From IMG/VR virus record IMGVR_UViG_3300022925_000006: a DNA stretch of 64,000 nucleotides; one strand, written 5' to 3'. Source of the DNA: a virus. Of the stretch, positions 28,522-37,298 are shown piece after piece. Both the position numbers and the translations under genes were made by a program. The notes beneath the pieces were generated by a model. That model had not been told where the DNA came from. It did not search any database and worked only from the letters and a program-made list of their open reading frames with translations. Numbering within the stretch: position 1 is the first letter of the stretch; each line of letters starts with the position of its first letter.

Positions 28522-28597
28522 CGACTTATGGTGAAACTGGATATCATACGAGTCTTCTAAACTTGGGTTCAAGGTTCGAGTCCTTGTAGGTCGGCCA
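28522..28597 (+). tRNA. tRNA-Arg(TCT)
   Basis: Cloverleaf: CGACTTA/TAGGTCG acceptor, anticodon loop CTTCTAA, TTCGAGT T-loop, encoded CCA. Confidence 0.9.
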
Positions 28598-28607
28598 ATC
28601 AATCACT

Positions 28608-28682
28608 GCCTCCGTAGTTTAACGGATAAAACGATGCGCTACGAACGCATAACTCGTGGTTCGATTCCATGCGGGGGCGCCA
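28608..28682 (+). tRNA. tRNA-Arg(ACG)
   Basis: GCCTCCG/CGGGGGC acceptor, ATGCG-CTACGAA-CGCAT anticodon arm, TTCGATT, encoded CCA. Confidence 0.92.
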
Positions 28683-28685
28683 AAC

Positions 28686-29366
28686 TTAGGTTCTTTTCTT
28701 CTTTTCTCTTTCTTTCTTAATCCAAGATTTTGCTTTGGCATTCTCTGGTTCTTTATCTAAGAACTTCCGAACATCTTTGTATGCACGGAGAGTCTCTTTC
28801 TGGTAATCCTTACCTTCAGAGTTATCAACAATTAACATATTCTTTTTACCAAAGAAAGTCTGGAATGCACCAATGTTCTTTTGAACAGTCTTCCAGTAGT
28901 TTGTAACTTCCTTCTCACCAATAGTACGGTCACGTGCTTTATCACGTGCAATTGCAGTATCAAGGTCAGTGTTAACAAATATCATTGCGATATCATAACC
29001 CAAGTCTTTCATTGCCTTTGCTTGTTTCTTGACCTTATCAAAGTCTTTACCTGTACCATCAACCACAACACCAAGTCTACCCATAAGGTATAGTGCTTGT
29101 TTTTTACCTGTGAGCGCTTTTGCACGACCACGGATATCTTGACCTTGAACTGAGAAGATATTTTCAGGAGACATTTCCAGTCCTGCTTTCTTCATTGCAA
29201 CTTCATAGGCATCGTCTGAGTTTATAACTTTCAAACCAAGTGCGGGAAGACCAGTCTTACCTACGATGAATGATTTACCAGACCCAGGCCCACCAGCAAG
29301 GAACACTGCTTTGAAAATAGCGGGGTCATCAACACCCTCTGTTATAAACTTTTTAAACTTAATCAT
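28686..29366 (-). CDS. Zeta-toxin-like P-loop kinase
   Basis: FLAGGPGSGKS, INSDD, VVDGTG, lid RDKARDR. Confidence 0.7.
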   Translation of the reverse strand: MIKFKKFITEGVDDPAIFKAVFLAGGPGSGKSFIVGKTGLPALGLKVINSDDAYEVAMKKAGLEMSPENIFSVQGQDIRGRAKALTGKKQALYLMGRLGVVVDGTGKDFDKVKKQAKAMKDLGYDIAMIFVNTDLDTAIARDKARDRTIGEKEVTNYWKTVQKNIGAFQTFFGKKNMLIVDNSEGKDYQKETLRAYKDVRKFLDKEPENAKAKSWIKKEREKKKRT

Positions 29367-30214
29367 TAGTATACCTTGAATTCTTTTCTGATTACTTCGG
29401 ACAGTCTTTGTAGGATAACGTCTAGGTTACCTATAGACTCTTCGTTTTCTTGTAAATGCGACATAGTATGTATGGTATTATTTATATGTTCTGATATCTC
29501 AGACATATCTTTTGTGTCACCCGTAATTCTGAGTTGAGTTGCAGGTAAAGGTGTACCGTCAATGACTGATTGGGCTAGGTCTCCACCATCATGACGAGTT
29601 TCGTACAAGTCGATTAGGTCAAACCCGATTGTACAAACTGGAGAGAAATCCGTCTTTATATCGTTTGCTTCAAAAGTCTCGTCCGAATTCATCGGAATGC
29701 CTGCTAAGAAGACTGCGTCAAATTTTATGTCATCTGGAACGTCAACCATATAGGTACTATCTCCCATGACATATGGTTTGTTCGCAGCAATTCGATTTAC
29801 ATTGAAATGTCTCATTAAACTTCGTGCGAAACTTTGATGTGTTTCTGAATATGCGACATATACGTTGGTCGATACCGAAAAGTGTTTATTAATTATAGGC
29901 CAAATATTACTCTGTACGTTAGGCATAATTCTATCAACAGTATTGTCCCATAGACTTGGGTAGTTACTGTCTCTAAACGAAGGCACTACCAAAACATTAT
30001 TGTATCTTAATCGCACAATAATATTGTTTATAATAATAGACCACATTATCATCGCATTGATACTGTCTTGTTCTACAGTATAATCATAGGTGGGGTCAGA
30101 TGCCATGAAATCTTGTATCTTTTTCCATAGACTTCCATAACTATTTTCGTCAAGTAACAATGCTCTTGTTTTACTATCGGTCTTTTCGATGAAGACATCG
30201 TATAAATTATTCAT
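29366..30214 (-). CDS. Hypothetical protein (paralog of 30214-31008)
   Basis: 282-aa ORF in a coupled late operon. Confidence 0.7.
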   Translation of the reverse strand: MNNLYDVFIEKTDSKTRALLLDENSYGSLWKKIQDFMASDPTYDYTVEQDSINAMIMWSIIINNIIVRLRYNNVLVVPSFRDSNYPSLWDNTVDRIMPNVQSNIWPIINKHFSVSTNVYVAYSETHQSFARSLMRHFNVNRIAANKPYVMGDSTYMVDVPDDIKFDAVFLAGIPMNSDETFEANDIKTDFSPVCTIGFDLIDLYETRHDGGDLAQSVIDGTPLPATQLRITGDTKDMSEISEHINNTIHTMSHLQENEESIGNLDVILQRLSEVIRKEFKVY

Positions 30215-31008
30215 TAGTACACCTTATAATATTCATTCACGTTTTCGAGATTCAATGCAAGTCTATAAAACAATAGTTGTTGTCTCAGGTTTTTCATATA
30301 ACCAGCACTAGTTACAAGACGAGTTGTTTTATCATAAACTTTTGTTGGAGTGTTTACACACTCAATGACTCTTTCTATGTGGTCTTCTAAATTGTCTGCA
30401 CCACCCTTGAGGTCTCTTAAATCGTTACGATATATATCAATTAGGTCAAAAGTAGATGTACAATATCTTGCGAATTTCTTTTTAACATCCGAAGCTTTGA
30501 AACTACCTTTCTTGAATGATTCTGAACCAAGAAGAACTACTACATCAAATTTCTCGTCAGTCTTAATTTTAAAATCACCATCAACTCTGAAATGACCATC
30601 AACATCTATGGTATCAACTCCAAACTTCTCATAGATTGGTTTGAAGAAATTAGTACCACCTTTGGTTGAAGTGACCGTCATCTTACCGTCACTTTCGTTA
30701 AACTTATGAACAATAGGTAAGAAATGGTCACCCGCACTTTTAACCGCTCTGTAGTTACGGTCTCTCAATCGGTCATACACCGAGTCTTCGAATGAAGTCA
30801 CCACAAGGATGTTACTGTATCCACCGCAACACAATAGTGCATCAACGATACTTGCGTCAGTGATAAGTGTTGTGAAGTCAGTTACAGTTATACGCTTATT
30901 GTTAAAACGATTAAAGTCGCCCAACATACTTATCAATCTTTCTTTCGCATCAAGATTAATGATGTTACTTTGCTTGCCATTCTTGGGTTGAGTGCGGTAT
31001 AATAACAT
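30214..31008 (-). CDS. Hypothetical protein (paralog of 29366-30214)
   Basis: 264-aa ORF in a coupled late operon. Confidence 0.7.
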   Translation of the reverse strand: MLLYRTQPKNGKQSNIINLDAKERLISMLGDFNRFNNKRITVTDFTTLITDASIVDALLCCGGYSNILVVTSFEDSVYDRLRDRNYRAVKSAGDHFLPIVHKFNESDGKMTVTSTKGGTNFFKPIYEKFGVDTIDVDGHFRVDGDFKIKTDEKFDVVVLLGSESFKKGSFKASDVKKKFARYCTSTFDLIDIYRNDLRDLKGGADNLEDHIERVIECVNTPTKVYDKTTRLVTSAGYMKNLRQQLLFYRLALNLENVNEYYKVY

Positions 31009-31277
31009 TACTTTGTACCCTGATAAATTGTCTGTATATGGTCTTCAAACTGTTCAATCTTCTCAAGACGGTTAGGCCACAAGATATATTCCTTTTCGGG
31101 GTTTTGTTTGAGATTGTTCAATAGGGGTTGAACCGCATTGTACAGTTTGTCCAGTTTATCTTGGGTTTCGGACACAGAAGTAGACACGTTGGCGACTTGG
31201 GACTGTGCTTGTTGCACTGCCTCCAGTTCGTTCTCGTCTACAAGGGTAAACCCAAAATCGAATAGTTCGTTACTCAT
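31008..31277 (-). CDS. Conserved small T4-like hypothetical protein
   Basis: FDFGFT...PLLNNLKQNPEKEYILWPNR. Confidence 0.7.
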   Translation of the reverse strand: MSNELFDFGFTLVDENELEAVQQAQSQVANVSTSVSETQDKLDKLYNAVQPLLNNLKQNPEKEYILWPNRLEKIEQFEDHIQTIYQGTK

Positions 31278-31282
31278 AGTTC

Positions 31283-31290
31283 TATTTATA
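31283..31290 (-). promoter_or_regulatory. T4-type late promoter
   Basis: TATAAATA on minus strand just upstream of ATG 31277. Confidence 0.7.
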
Positions 31291-31312
31291 CCTCATTTAA
31301 ATTAAATAACGC

Positions 31313-31341
31313 TTGACAAAGCATGTTTATTCATGTATAGT
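31313..31341 (+). promoter_or_regulatory. Sigma70 promoter
   Basis: TTGACA-N17-TATAGT; shares AACGCTTGACAAA-CATGTTTAT with the 11646 promoter. Confidence 0.7.
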
Positions 31342-31366
31342 GTATTTATATAGTAAGGAGATGAAG

Positions 31367-31663
31367 ATGCAAACCTTTCACGGTTCAATGAAGTATGATA
31401 TTCATGGTCGCAAACGTAAGACCAATGCATGGAAAAAGACCCCCAAACATAACCCCGAATTTAAACCTCTTGAAAGTTACTCTATAGGTAATGGTGAAGA
31501 CCATCGTAAGAAGTACCCGTCAGCTAGTGAAATGGGCTATGTCCCACAAAAAGACAACTCTTACAAACTAGAAGAGTCCAAGAAGTTTACTGTCGCACCC
31601 GCATACAATAAAGGTGCATACCAAGTCATCCCCCGTGGTGATGTTAAACATATAGGAAAATGA
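31367..31663 (+). CDS. Hypothetical early protein
   Basis: AAGGAG RBS; APAYNKGAYQVI motif. Confidence 0.7.
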   Translation: MQTFHGSMKYDIHGRKRKTNAWKKTPKHNPEFKPLESYSIGNGEDHRKKYPSASEMGYVPQKDNSYKLEESKKFTVAPAYNKGAYQVIPRGDVKHIGK

Positions 31664-31839
31664 TTATGGAAACTCCCTTATTAAACCCCGATACTCGCAC
31701 TAAATTTGAGGTGTTTGCTCGTGATATGTTTCTAGAAAATTGTTCAGAACGTGATACGTTCAAAGAACCATTGTTGACATATGACGAATATGTCGAAAAA
31801 AACATGAAGTTTTTGCTTGACAAATTCAGAGAACTCTGA
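31660..31839 (+). CDS. Hypothetical 59-aa protein
   Basis: ATGA overlap; MIMETPLLNPDTRTKFEVFARDMFLENCSER...; absent from ORF track. Confidence 0.55.
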   Translation: MIMETPLLNPDTRTKFEVFARDMFLENCSERDTFKEPLLTYDEYVEKNMKFLLDKFREL

Positions 31840-31845
31840 TATAAT
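31817..31845 (+). promoter_or_regulatory. Sigma70 promoter
   Basis: TTGACA-N17-TATAAT, extended TG. Confidence 0.8.
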
Positions 31846-31877
31846 ACTTGTATTGATAATGAGAAAGAGGTGTATGT

Positions 31878-32126
31878 ATGATTACTTTTGCAACACAAGA
31901 ACGGATTGACGTTCTAAAAGAAAAATTTGATGAGTTGACCGAAGGTATGGATAATTGGAAGATGCCTATTGATACGGTAGTTCCAATCCGTGAACTGGAT
32001 GATTATCGTGACGCATGTGAGTGGTTTACTGGTTCCAAACTTTATGTTGTCAAACAAGTGAATGAACCAAACTTTGGAGACATGCGTGTAAAAGCGAAGG
32101 GTTATTATAATGCAATCGGAAGTTAG
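31878..32126 (+). CDS. Hypothetical early protein
   Basis: GAGGTG RBS; 82 aa. Confidence 0.7.
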   Translation: MITFATQERIDVLKEKFDELTEGMDNWKMPIDTVVPIRELDDYRDACEWFTGSKLYVVKQVNEPNFGDMRVKAKGYYNAIGS

Positions 32127-32145
32127 AGAAATGAAGGGTGGGTGT

Positions 32146-32391
32146 ATGGTCGAGAAATTCGACATGCCTGGAGTAGACGGTTACCAACTCGTTTATAAAT
32201 TTGATAATGATTATGGCGCATCTGTAGTCAAACACAACTTCTCTTACGGCGGTGAGAAAGGCCTGTATGAACTTGAAGTGCTTGACAAAGATGGTGGGTT
32301 ATGTTATGATTCACCAATCACTGAAGATGTAATTGGGCGTCTTACAATGGGTGAAGTCGATAAATTACTTGTGGAGATATCACACCTATGA
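32146..32391 (+). CDS. Conserved phage hypothetical protein
   Basis: FDNDYGASVV...SYGG..GLYELEV motif. Confidence 0.7.
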   Translation: MVEKFDMPGVDGYQLVYKFDNDYGASVVKHNFSYGGEKGLYELEVLDKDGGLCYDSPITEDVIGRLTMGEVDKLLVEISHL

Positions 32392-32939
32392 ATATATTTC
32401 ACTTAGACAATGACCCTAAGATTGCCGCAGAGATGATGTGTGACAAACACGTGGTCAAGATGGTCACTGAGTACGGTCAGATGTTGTCTACCGCACATCG
32501 TGTACTAGATGGTGAGTTGTATACCGACAAGACCAAGAATGGTCGTAACATCAAACGGTGGAGACTGAGGGGGGCTGCACAAGAACGTGACTTGTACAAA
32601 GCATCACATGTCAATCACCCATCTAACATCTGGACACGTGAGAACGATAAGAACTACCGATGGTTGTTCAAACACTTCCAAGCAACCGCAAAGGAGTATG
32701 AGAAACGATACGAACGTGTTCATGCTACCTACGATAAGTTAGGTGGTTATCTGTGGTTTGCGCCACGCAACATTAAACAAGTCGTAAGACTAACAAGATT
32801 CGCACAAGCAATGCCTGAGTATTGCAAACGTGAAGACCCAGTAGAAGCATACCGTTTCTACTATATAAATGAGAAGGTAGAATTCGCAAAGTGGAAGAAC
32901 GTTGAGACACCTCAATGGTTTTCTGAAGGAGTCGCTTAA
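32388..32939 (+). CDS. Pyrimidine-dimer glycosylase (DenV-related) family protein
   Basis: MNIFHLD, DKHVVKM, HVNHPS, QAMP, AYRFYY. Confidence 0.65.
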   Translation: MNIFHLDNDPKIAAEMMCDKHVVKMVTEYGQMLSTAHRVLDGELYTDKTKNGRNIKRWRLRGAAQERDLYKASHVNHPSNIWTRENDKNYRWLFKHFQATAKEYEKRYERVHATYDKLGGYLWFAPRNIKQVVRLTRFAQAMPEYCKREDPVEAYRFYYINEKVEFAKWKNVETPQWFSEGVA

Positions 32940-33163
32940 TGACTATGCCCGATGAACGGTATCATGCCCTCAAGAGAACTGCAACCTTTCTAAAAGAATT
33001 GCAGAACCCTAGAGGTATATACAAAAGAGATAACATGACTGAGATACGTAAGATGGCATCAAGTTGCCTTCGACACTACCCTTGGGATATGTATCTAGAA
33101 GACCTTGCGGAAATTGCCCCTCATATATTGGAAAATAAAGAGACCCTTAATAATGGAGAATGA
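32939..33163 (+). CDS. Hypothetical protein (MTMPDER...LRHYP family)
   Basis: GGAG RBS, coupled ORF. Confidence 0.65.
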   Translation: MTMPDERYHALKRTATFLKELQNPRGIYKRDNMTEIRKMASSCLRHYPWDMYLEDLAEIAPHILENKETLNNGE

Positions 33164-33164
33164 A

Positions 33165-33419
33165 ATGACTTATGAAGAAATCGTTAACACCTTACGTGAA
33201 GGTGTCGTGAACTTGTCTTTTACAAAAGTAAAGGACGGTGGAGTTCGTGAAATGAGAGCAACCTTGGTATCTGATATGATTCCAACGGACAAAATGCCTA
33301 AGACCGATGCAAACGCAAACACTGAAAAGAATCAACTTGCAGTGCGTGTATTTGATTTGGATATTAATGACTGGCGTTCATTCCGTGTAGATTCGCTCTT
33401 GACTTTTAGTGCAGTATAA
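33165..33419 (+). CDS. SH3/WYL_2-like small protein
   Basis: FTKVKDGGVREMRATL...VFDL...WRSFR. Confidence 0.65.
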   Translation: MTYEEIVNTLREGVVNLSFTKVKDGGVREMRATLVSDMIPTDKMPKTDANANTEKNQLAVRVFDLDINDWRSFRVDSLLTFSAV

Positions 33420-33427
33420 GTTATACT
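33399..33427 (+). promoter_or_regulatory. Sigma70 promoter
   Basis: TTGACT-N17-TATACT. Confidence 0.55.
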
Positions 33428-33436
33428 ATATAATAT

Positions 33437-34066
33437 ATGGTCAAGAAACTAACACCACAAGAGAAAGCAAAAGCAACTAGAGAAGCCAAGAAACAGGCGA
33501 GTCTAGATGCTCTTGGTTTCGAACGTAAGAAAGTGAAACGTACACGTAAACCTATGTCTCCTGAACAGAAGGCAGCGGCAGTCGAACGTCTTGCTAAAGC
33601 ACGTGAAGCTAGGGGTGCAGACGGTAGTAAGTCTGTCCACAAGGACATTAGAGATTTACCCGAAGACCATTTCCTGCATTGGAAGAAAGTTAAACAATGG
33701 TTGAAATCCAACCAAGATGAACTGAAAGCAATGAGGTCGTACAAGACCTCTAAGGTTTCTAAGGAGCGAGCAGAATACCAAGACCTAGAAACATATGTCT
33801 CAAATATGAAAAAGTATTTGGCTAATGGTATATGGATGGACTTTCGCTATGGTGAGAAAAGGGAATCTAGAATTCAAAAAGTGTGTGTTGCAATGGCATA
33901 CCATGATGACGGAACACCAAAACGTCAATACAATACATGGTATCCTGATATCGCACAAGTCTGGACTCCTGAACTTGAAGAAGAGTTTGCAAAAGATGAA
34001 GAATATGTAAGTTCCTTCAAGGTAAATATTCGTACAAACGAAGAGGTCGATGATGGCGAAAGTTGA
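33437..34066 (+). CDS. Hypothetical basic protein
   Basis: 209 aa, Lys/Arg-rich N-terminus, precedes gp33. Confidence 0.7.
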   Translation: MVKKLTPQEKAKATREAKKQASLDALGFERKKVKRTRKPMSPEQKAAAVERLAKAREARGADGSKSVHKDIRDLPEDHFLHWKKVKQWLKSNQDELKAMRSYKTSKVSKERAEYQDLETYVSNMKKYLANGIWMDFRYGEKRESRIQKVCVAMAYHDDGTPKRQYNTWYPDIAQVWTPELEEEFAKDEEYVSSFKVNIRTNEEVDDGES

Positions 34067-34328
34067 TATGATTATGGGTGGGGTAGATTCTTCGGAAGAA
34101 GAGTCCAACTTCATGAACAAAAAGAAATTTACCCGTATGGTTGAAGATACGGTTAGAACAAAATCTATGTCTTACATGGATACGGTTGTTTATCTCTGTG
34201 ATGAAAACAATCTAGAAATTGAGGATGTGAAGAAATATATCACAGTCTCGATAAAAGAGAAAATTGAGTTGGAAGCAATGAAACTTAACTTTCTCACCAA
34301 GGGTGAAGCTCTCCCTATTGATAAATAA
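34050..34328 (+). CDS. gp33: Late-transcription coactivator gp33
   Basis: SYMDTVVYLCDEN...IKEKIELEAMKLNFL; synteny with gp32. Confidence 0.8.
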   Translation: MMAKVDMIMGGVDSSEEESNFMNKKKFTRMVEDTVRTKSMSYMDTVVYLCDENNLEIEDVKKYITVSIKEKIELEAMKLNFLTKGEALPIDK

Positions 34329-34333
34329 AAGAG

Positions 34334-34362
34334 TTGACAAAACCTTTTGATTATGATACAAT
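34334..34362 (+). promoter_or_regulatory. Sigma70 promoter of gene 32
   Basis: TTGACA-N17-TACAAT, extended TG. Confidence 0.75.
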
Positions 34363-34406
34363 GAATACTCAAAATACTACTAATACGCAAATATACGGAG
34401 AATACA

Positions 34407-35327
34407 ATGTCTTTTGCAAATCTAAAAAATAATCGGACTGATGTGTCCAAACTCGCTAATGCCGCCTCAGAAATGTCTGGTGGTAAGCAAACCAATAACA
34501 AATACGAAGATACTCGTTTCTGGAAACCTACTGTAGATGACAGTGGTAACGGTTACGCAGTTGTTCGTTTCCTTCCTGCCGCAGAAGGTCAAGAACTACC
34601 TTGGGTACGTTACTTTGACCATTTCTTTAAAGGCCCTACTGGTCAATGGTATGTTGAGAAGTCTCTGACTACTCTAGGTAACAATGACCCAGTGAGTGAA
34701 TATAACTCACGTCTCTGGAATTCTGGCATTGAGGAAGACAAAGAGACTGCACGTAAACAGAAGCGTAGACTTCACTATGTTGCAAACATCATGGTCTTGA
34801 GTGACCCATCTAATCCTGCAAACGAAGGTAAAGTATTCCTTTACGACTTCGGTAAGAAAATCTTTGATAAGGTTATGGATAAGATGCAACCTGAGTTCCC
34901 AGGCGAAGAACCAATCAACCCGTTTGATTTCTGGTCTGGTGCTGACTTTCAGTTGAAGATTCGTAACGTTGCTGGTTACAGAAACTATGATAAGTCTGAG
35001 TTTAAATCAGCTGCTCCACTATTGGAAGCGGATGAGACTAAACTAGAAGCAACTTATAATCAGTTACATGATGTGTCTGAGTTTGTTGCACAGTCTTCAT
35101 ACAAGTCTTATGATGAACTCAAGCAACGTCTTGAAGTTGTTCTTGGTCAATCGACTGGTCAAGGTTCTACGGTGAAGAATGATTCTTTGACACAAACTGC
35201 GGAAGTGGTTAGTTCAAAGGAACAAGAACCGCAAGTTATTGCGTCTGCACCTGAACCAAGAATCACCGCATCTACGGATGAGGATGATACGTTGTCATAC
35301 TTTGCTAAGTTGGCTGCTGAGGACTAA
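34407..35327 (+). CDS. gp32: Single-stranded DNA-binding protein gp32
   Basis: RFWKP, GYAVVRFLP, WYVEKSLTT, GKKIFDK, NYDKSEF, acidic tail SYFAKLAAED. Confidence 0.95.
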   Translation: MSFANLKNNRTDVSKLANAASEMSGGKQTNNKYEDTRFWKPTVDDSGNGYAVVRFLPAAEGQELPWVRYFDHFFKGPTGQWYVEKSLTTLGNNDPVSEYNSRLWNSGIEEDKETARKQKRRLHYVANIMVLSDPSNPANEGKVFLYDFGKKIFDKVMDKMQPEFPGEEPINPFDFWSGADFQLKIRNVAGYRNYDKSEFKSAAPLLEADETKLEATYNQLHDVSEFVAQSSYKSYDELKQRLEVVLGQSTGQGSTVKNDSLTQTAEVVSSKEQEPQVIASAPEPRITASTDEDDTLSYFAKLAAED

Positions 35328-35363
35328 AAGAATCCTTGCCTTAGGATAAACCGTTATGGTTAT

Positions 35364-35389
35364 AGGGTCTCTTCGGAGACCCTTTTTTT
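35364..35389 (+). terminator. Rho-independent terminator with cUUCGg tetraloop
   Basis: AGGGTCTC-TTCG-GAGACCCT followed by a T-run; lies between convergent genes. Confidence 0.9.
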
Positions 35390-37298
35390 ATGCTACTCGG
35401 TCTAGTTGGTCTACCGCTGGAGTCGGGTCAGACACTAAGGAGTTGTTTGTTGTATTAGAGGTTGTTGACCTACTTGAGGCATCAACAACAGCAGTAGATG
35501 AGGCACTAGACTGTTGTTTCAGTTCTGCGTTCTGGCTAGACTGATTATTAACTTCTGCATTTCTTACAGGGCCAAGACCCAACGCAGAGTTAACCTGATT
35601 CATCGTTGCGGTAATCTCTGGAACTTTAAGTGATGGGTCAAGAATACCTTTCTTAAAGTCAATTTTTTTGTTAAAACCTGCTGTTTCAAATTCGACTTGA
35701 CCACCATTTGCCAGTCCACCCAATAGAGCAGGAAGATGACCAAAACTATCTAACATACCTTCGATGTCTATTGAACCAGACCCGATGTTGATACCAGACA
35801 TCTTTTGCAGTGCATCTGCCATTCGAGTGAGACCACGAGATGCCTTATTGATTTCAGTCTCTCTGTCAGCAATTGACAACATTTGTTCTATAGGTGATTG
35901 ACCACCAGTCATGAAGTTCAGAATACCAGAAGCTGCATTTGCAAGAGAGGATACAAAGTTACCTGCGCCAAATACACCGAGACCAGCACCTAATGATACC
36001 ATAGCGTCTCTTACATTATTCGCCCTTGTCAACATATTAGAGGAGTCTTCTCCACCAATAGACAAAAGTGTGTTTACTTGGTTTTTAGTTTTTTCTGCAA
36101 AGTCATCCTTTGAGAAGAAGTCGCCAAGTGCTTTAACTACTTGACCGCCACCAAACACAGCAAGACCAACACCAAGACCACCTAATGCGAGAGCAACAGC
36201 GCCTCCCTCTGCCAACATTCCTAGAGCGCTCTTATCGAGACCTTCGGGAATACTTAACAGTGTGAGTACTTGGTCTTTTACTAATTGTGCATCAAAATCT
36301 ATTAATTGTGTGATACCACCAACACCAGTACCAATACCAAAAGCGGCCAGACCGAGACCTAGTCCAGTCATAACAGGAGCAAATGCAGTTAACCATGCGG
36401 CATCACCAATACTACCTACGTGTTCGCCGATGGATAGTAATGTGCCAACTTGGTCTTTTACTTTATGTGCATCAAAATCTATTAATTGTGAGACACCAGT
36501 AATCCCAGCACCAATACCGAATGCCGCAAGACCAAGACCCAATGCCATCATTGCGGGTTTGAATAACGCAAGTGTTACAAGTTTAGGAGCGTCTAGTGAT
36601 TCACCGATACTCAATAAGGTTAGAACATTTTTCTTTGTGGTCTCTGCCCAGTTACCTTGGTCAAACTTATCTAATATCCCTTGAGTCATACCAGCGATAC
36701 CACCACCAGCAGAGAAGTATACTAAACCAGTTGCAATTTGTTTCATTGCAGTAGGAAATGCAATAAGAGTGGCCAACTTGGCCAAGTTCATCTCATCACC
36801 GATACTGAGTAGACTCAGAACATTCTTTTTGACCTTCTCACCATCAATCAGACCAGACGACATAAGACCAGCAACAGCAACAATCGCAAGGATGCCGATA
36901 CCAGCACCTTTTGCTAGACTGCCAAGCATACCACCGAATCCCTTGACCTTCTTGCCAAGAGAACTCATGAGGTTACTAGGAGCGTCTTTTGCTGTCTGTA
37001 GTCCTGCCTTTAATGATGATGGTAGATTTGCAAGTTTCTTAAAGAGACTTTTTCTTTCTATCTCTTCTTCTTTCTTATCACCCCTTTCACTCTGGTCTCT
37101 TTTTTCTGCATCCGTACCCATACCAACCAAACTATCTAATAGTGTATTGGTTTCCTTGGCAATACTCACCTTTTCTACATTATAGTTTGTATCTTGAGTA
37201 TGGTTTTCTTTGAGCGTGTTGATTACTTTCCTCAGAAGGTTCTTCTGAGAATCGCTGTCTCTACCTGCCCCTTTTGCGGGATGCATTTCCTCGGCCAT
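35388..37298 (-). CDS. Tape-measure protein candidate (gp29 analog)
   Basis: 636 aa, Ala/Gly/Leu-rich helical, repeated K-x-[NQ]V-x-[ST]LLSI units; directly downstream of gp26/gp51. Confidence 0.6.
   Translation of the reverse strand: MAEEMHPAKGAGRDSDSQKNLLRKVINTLKENHTQDTNYNVEKVSIAKETNTLLDSLVGMGTDAEKRDQSERGDKKEEEIERKSLFKKLANLPSSLKAGLQTAKDAPSNLMSSLGKKVKGFGGMLGSLAKGAGIGILAIVAVAGLMSSGLIDGEKVKKNVLSLLSIGDEMNLAKLATLIAFPTAMKQIATGLVYFSAGGGIAGMTQGILDKFDQGNWAETTKKNVLTLLSIGESLDAPKLVTLALFKPAMMALGLGLAAFGIGAGITGVSQLIDFDAHKVKDQVGTLLSIGEHVGSIGDAAWLTAFAPVMTGLGLGLAAFGIGTGVGGITQLIDFDAQLVKDQVLTLLSIPEGLDKSALGMLAEGGAVALALGGLGVGLAVFGGGQVVKALGDFFSKDDFAEKTKNQVNTLLSIGGEDSSNMLTRANNVRDAMVSLGAGLGVFGAGNFVSSLANAASGILNFMTGGQSPIEQMLSIADRETEINKASRGLTRMADALQKMSGINIGSGSIDIEGMLDSFGHLPALLGGLANGGQVEFETAGFNKKIDFKKGILDPSLKVPEITATMNQVNSALGLGPVRNAEVNNQSSQNAELKQQSSASSTAVVDASSRSTTSNTTNNSLVSDPTPAVDQLDRVA
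36268..36560 (-). repeat. 180-bp internal tandem duplication in the tape-measure candidate
   Basis: ACTTGGTCTTTTACT...TGTGCATCAAAATCTATTAATTGTG at 36268 and 36448. Confidence 0.75.
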
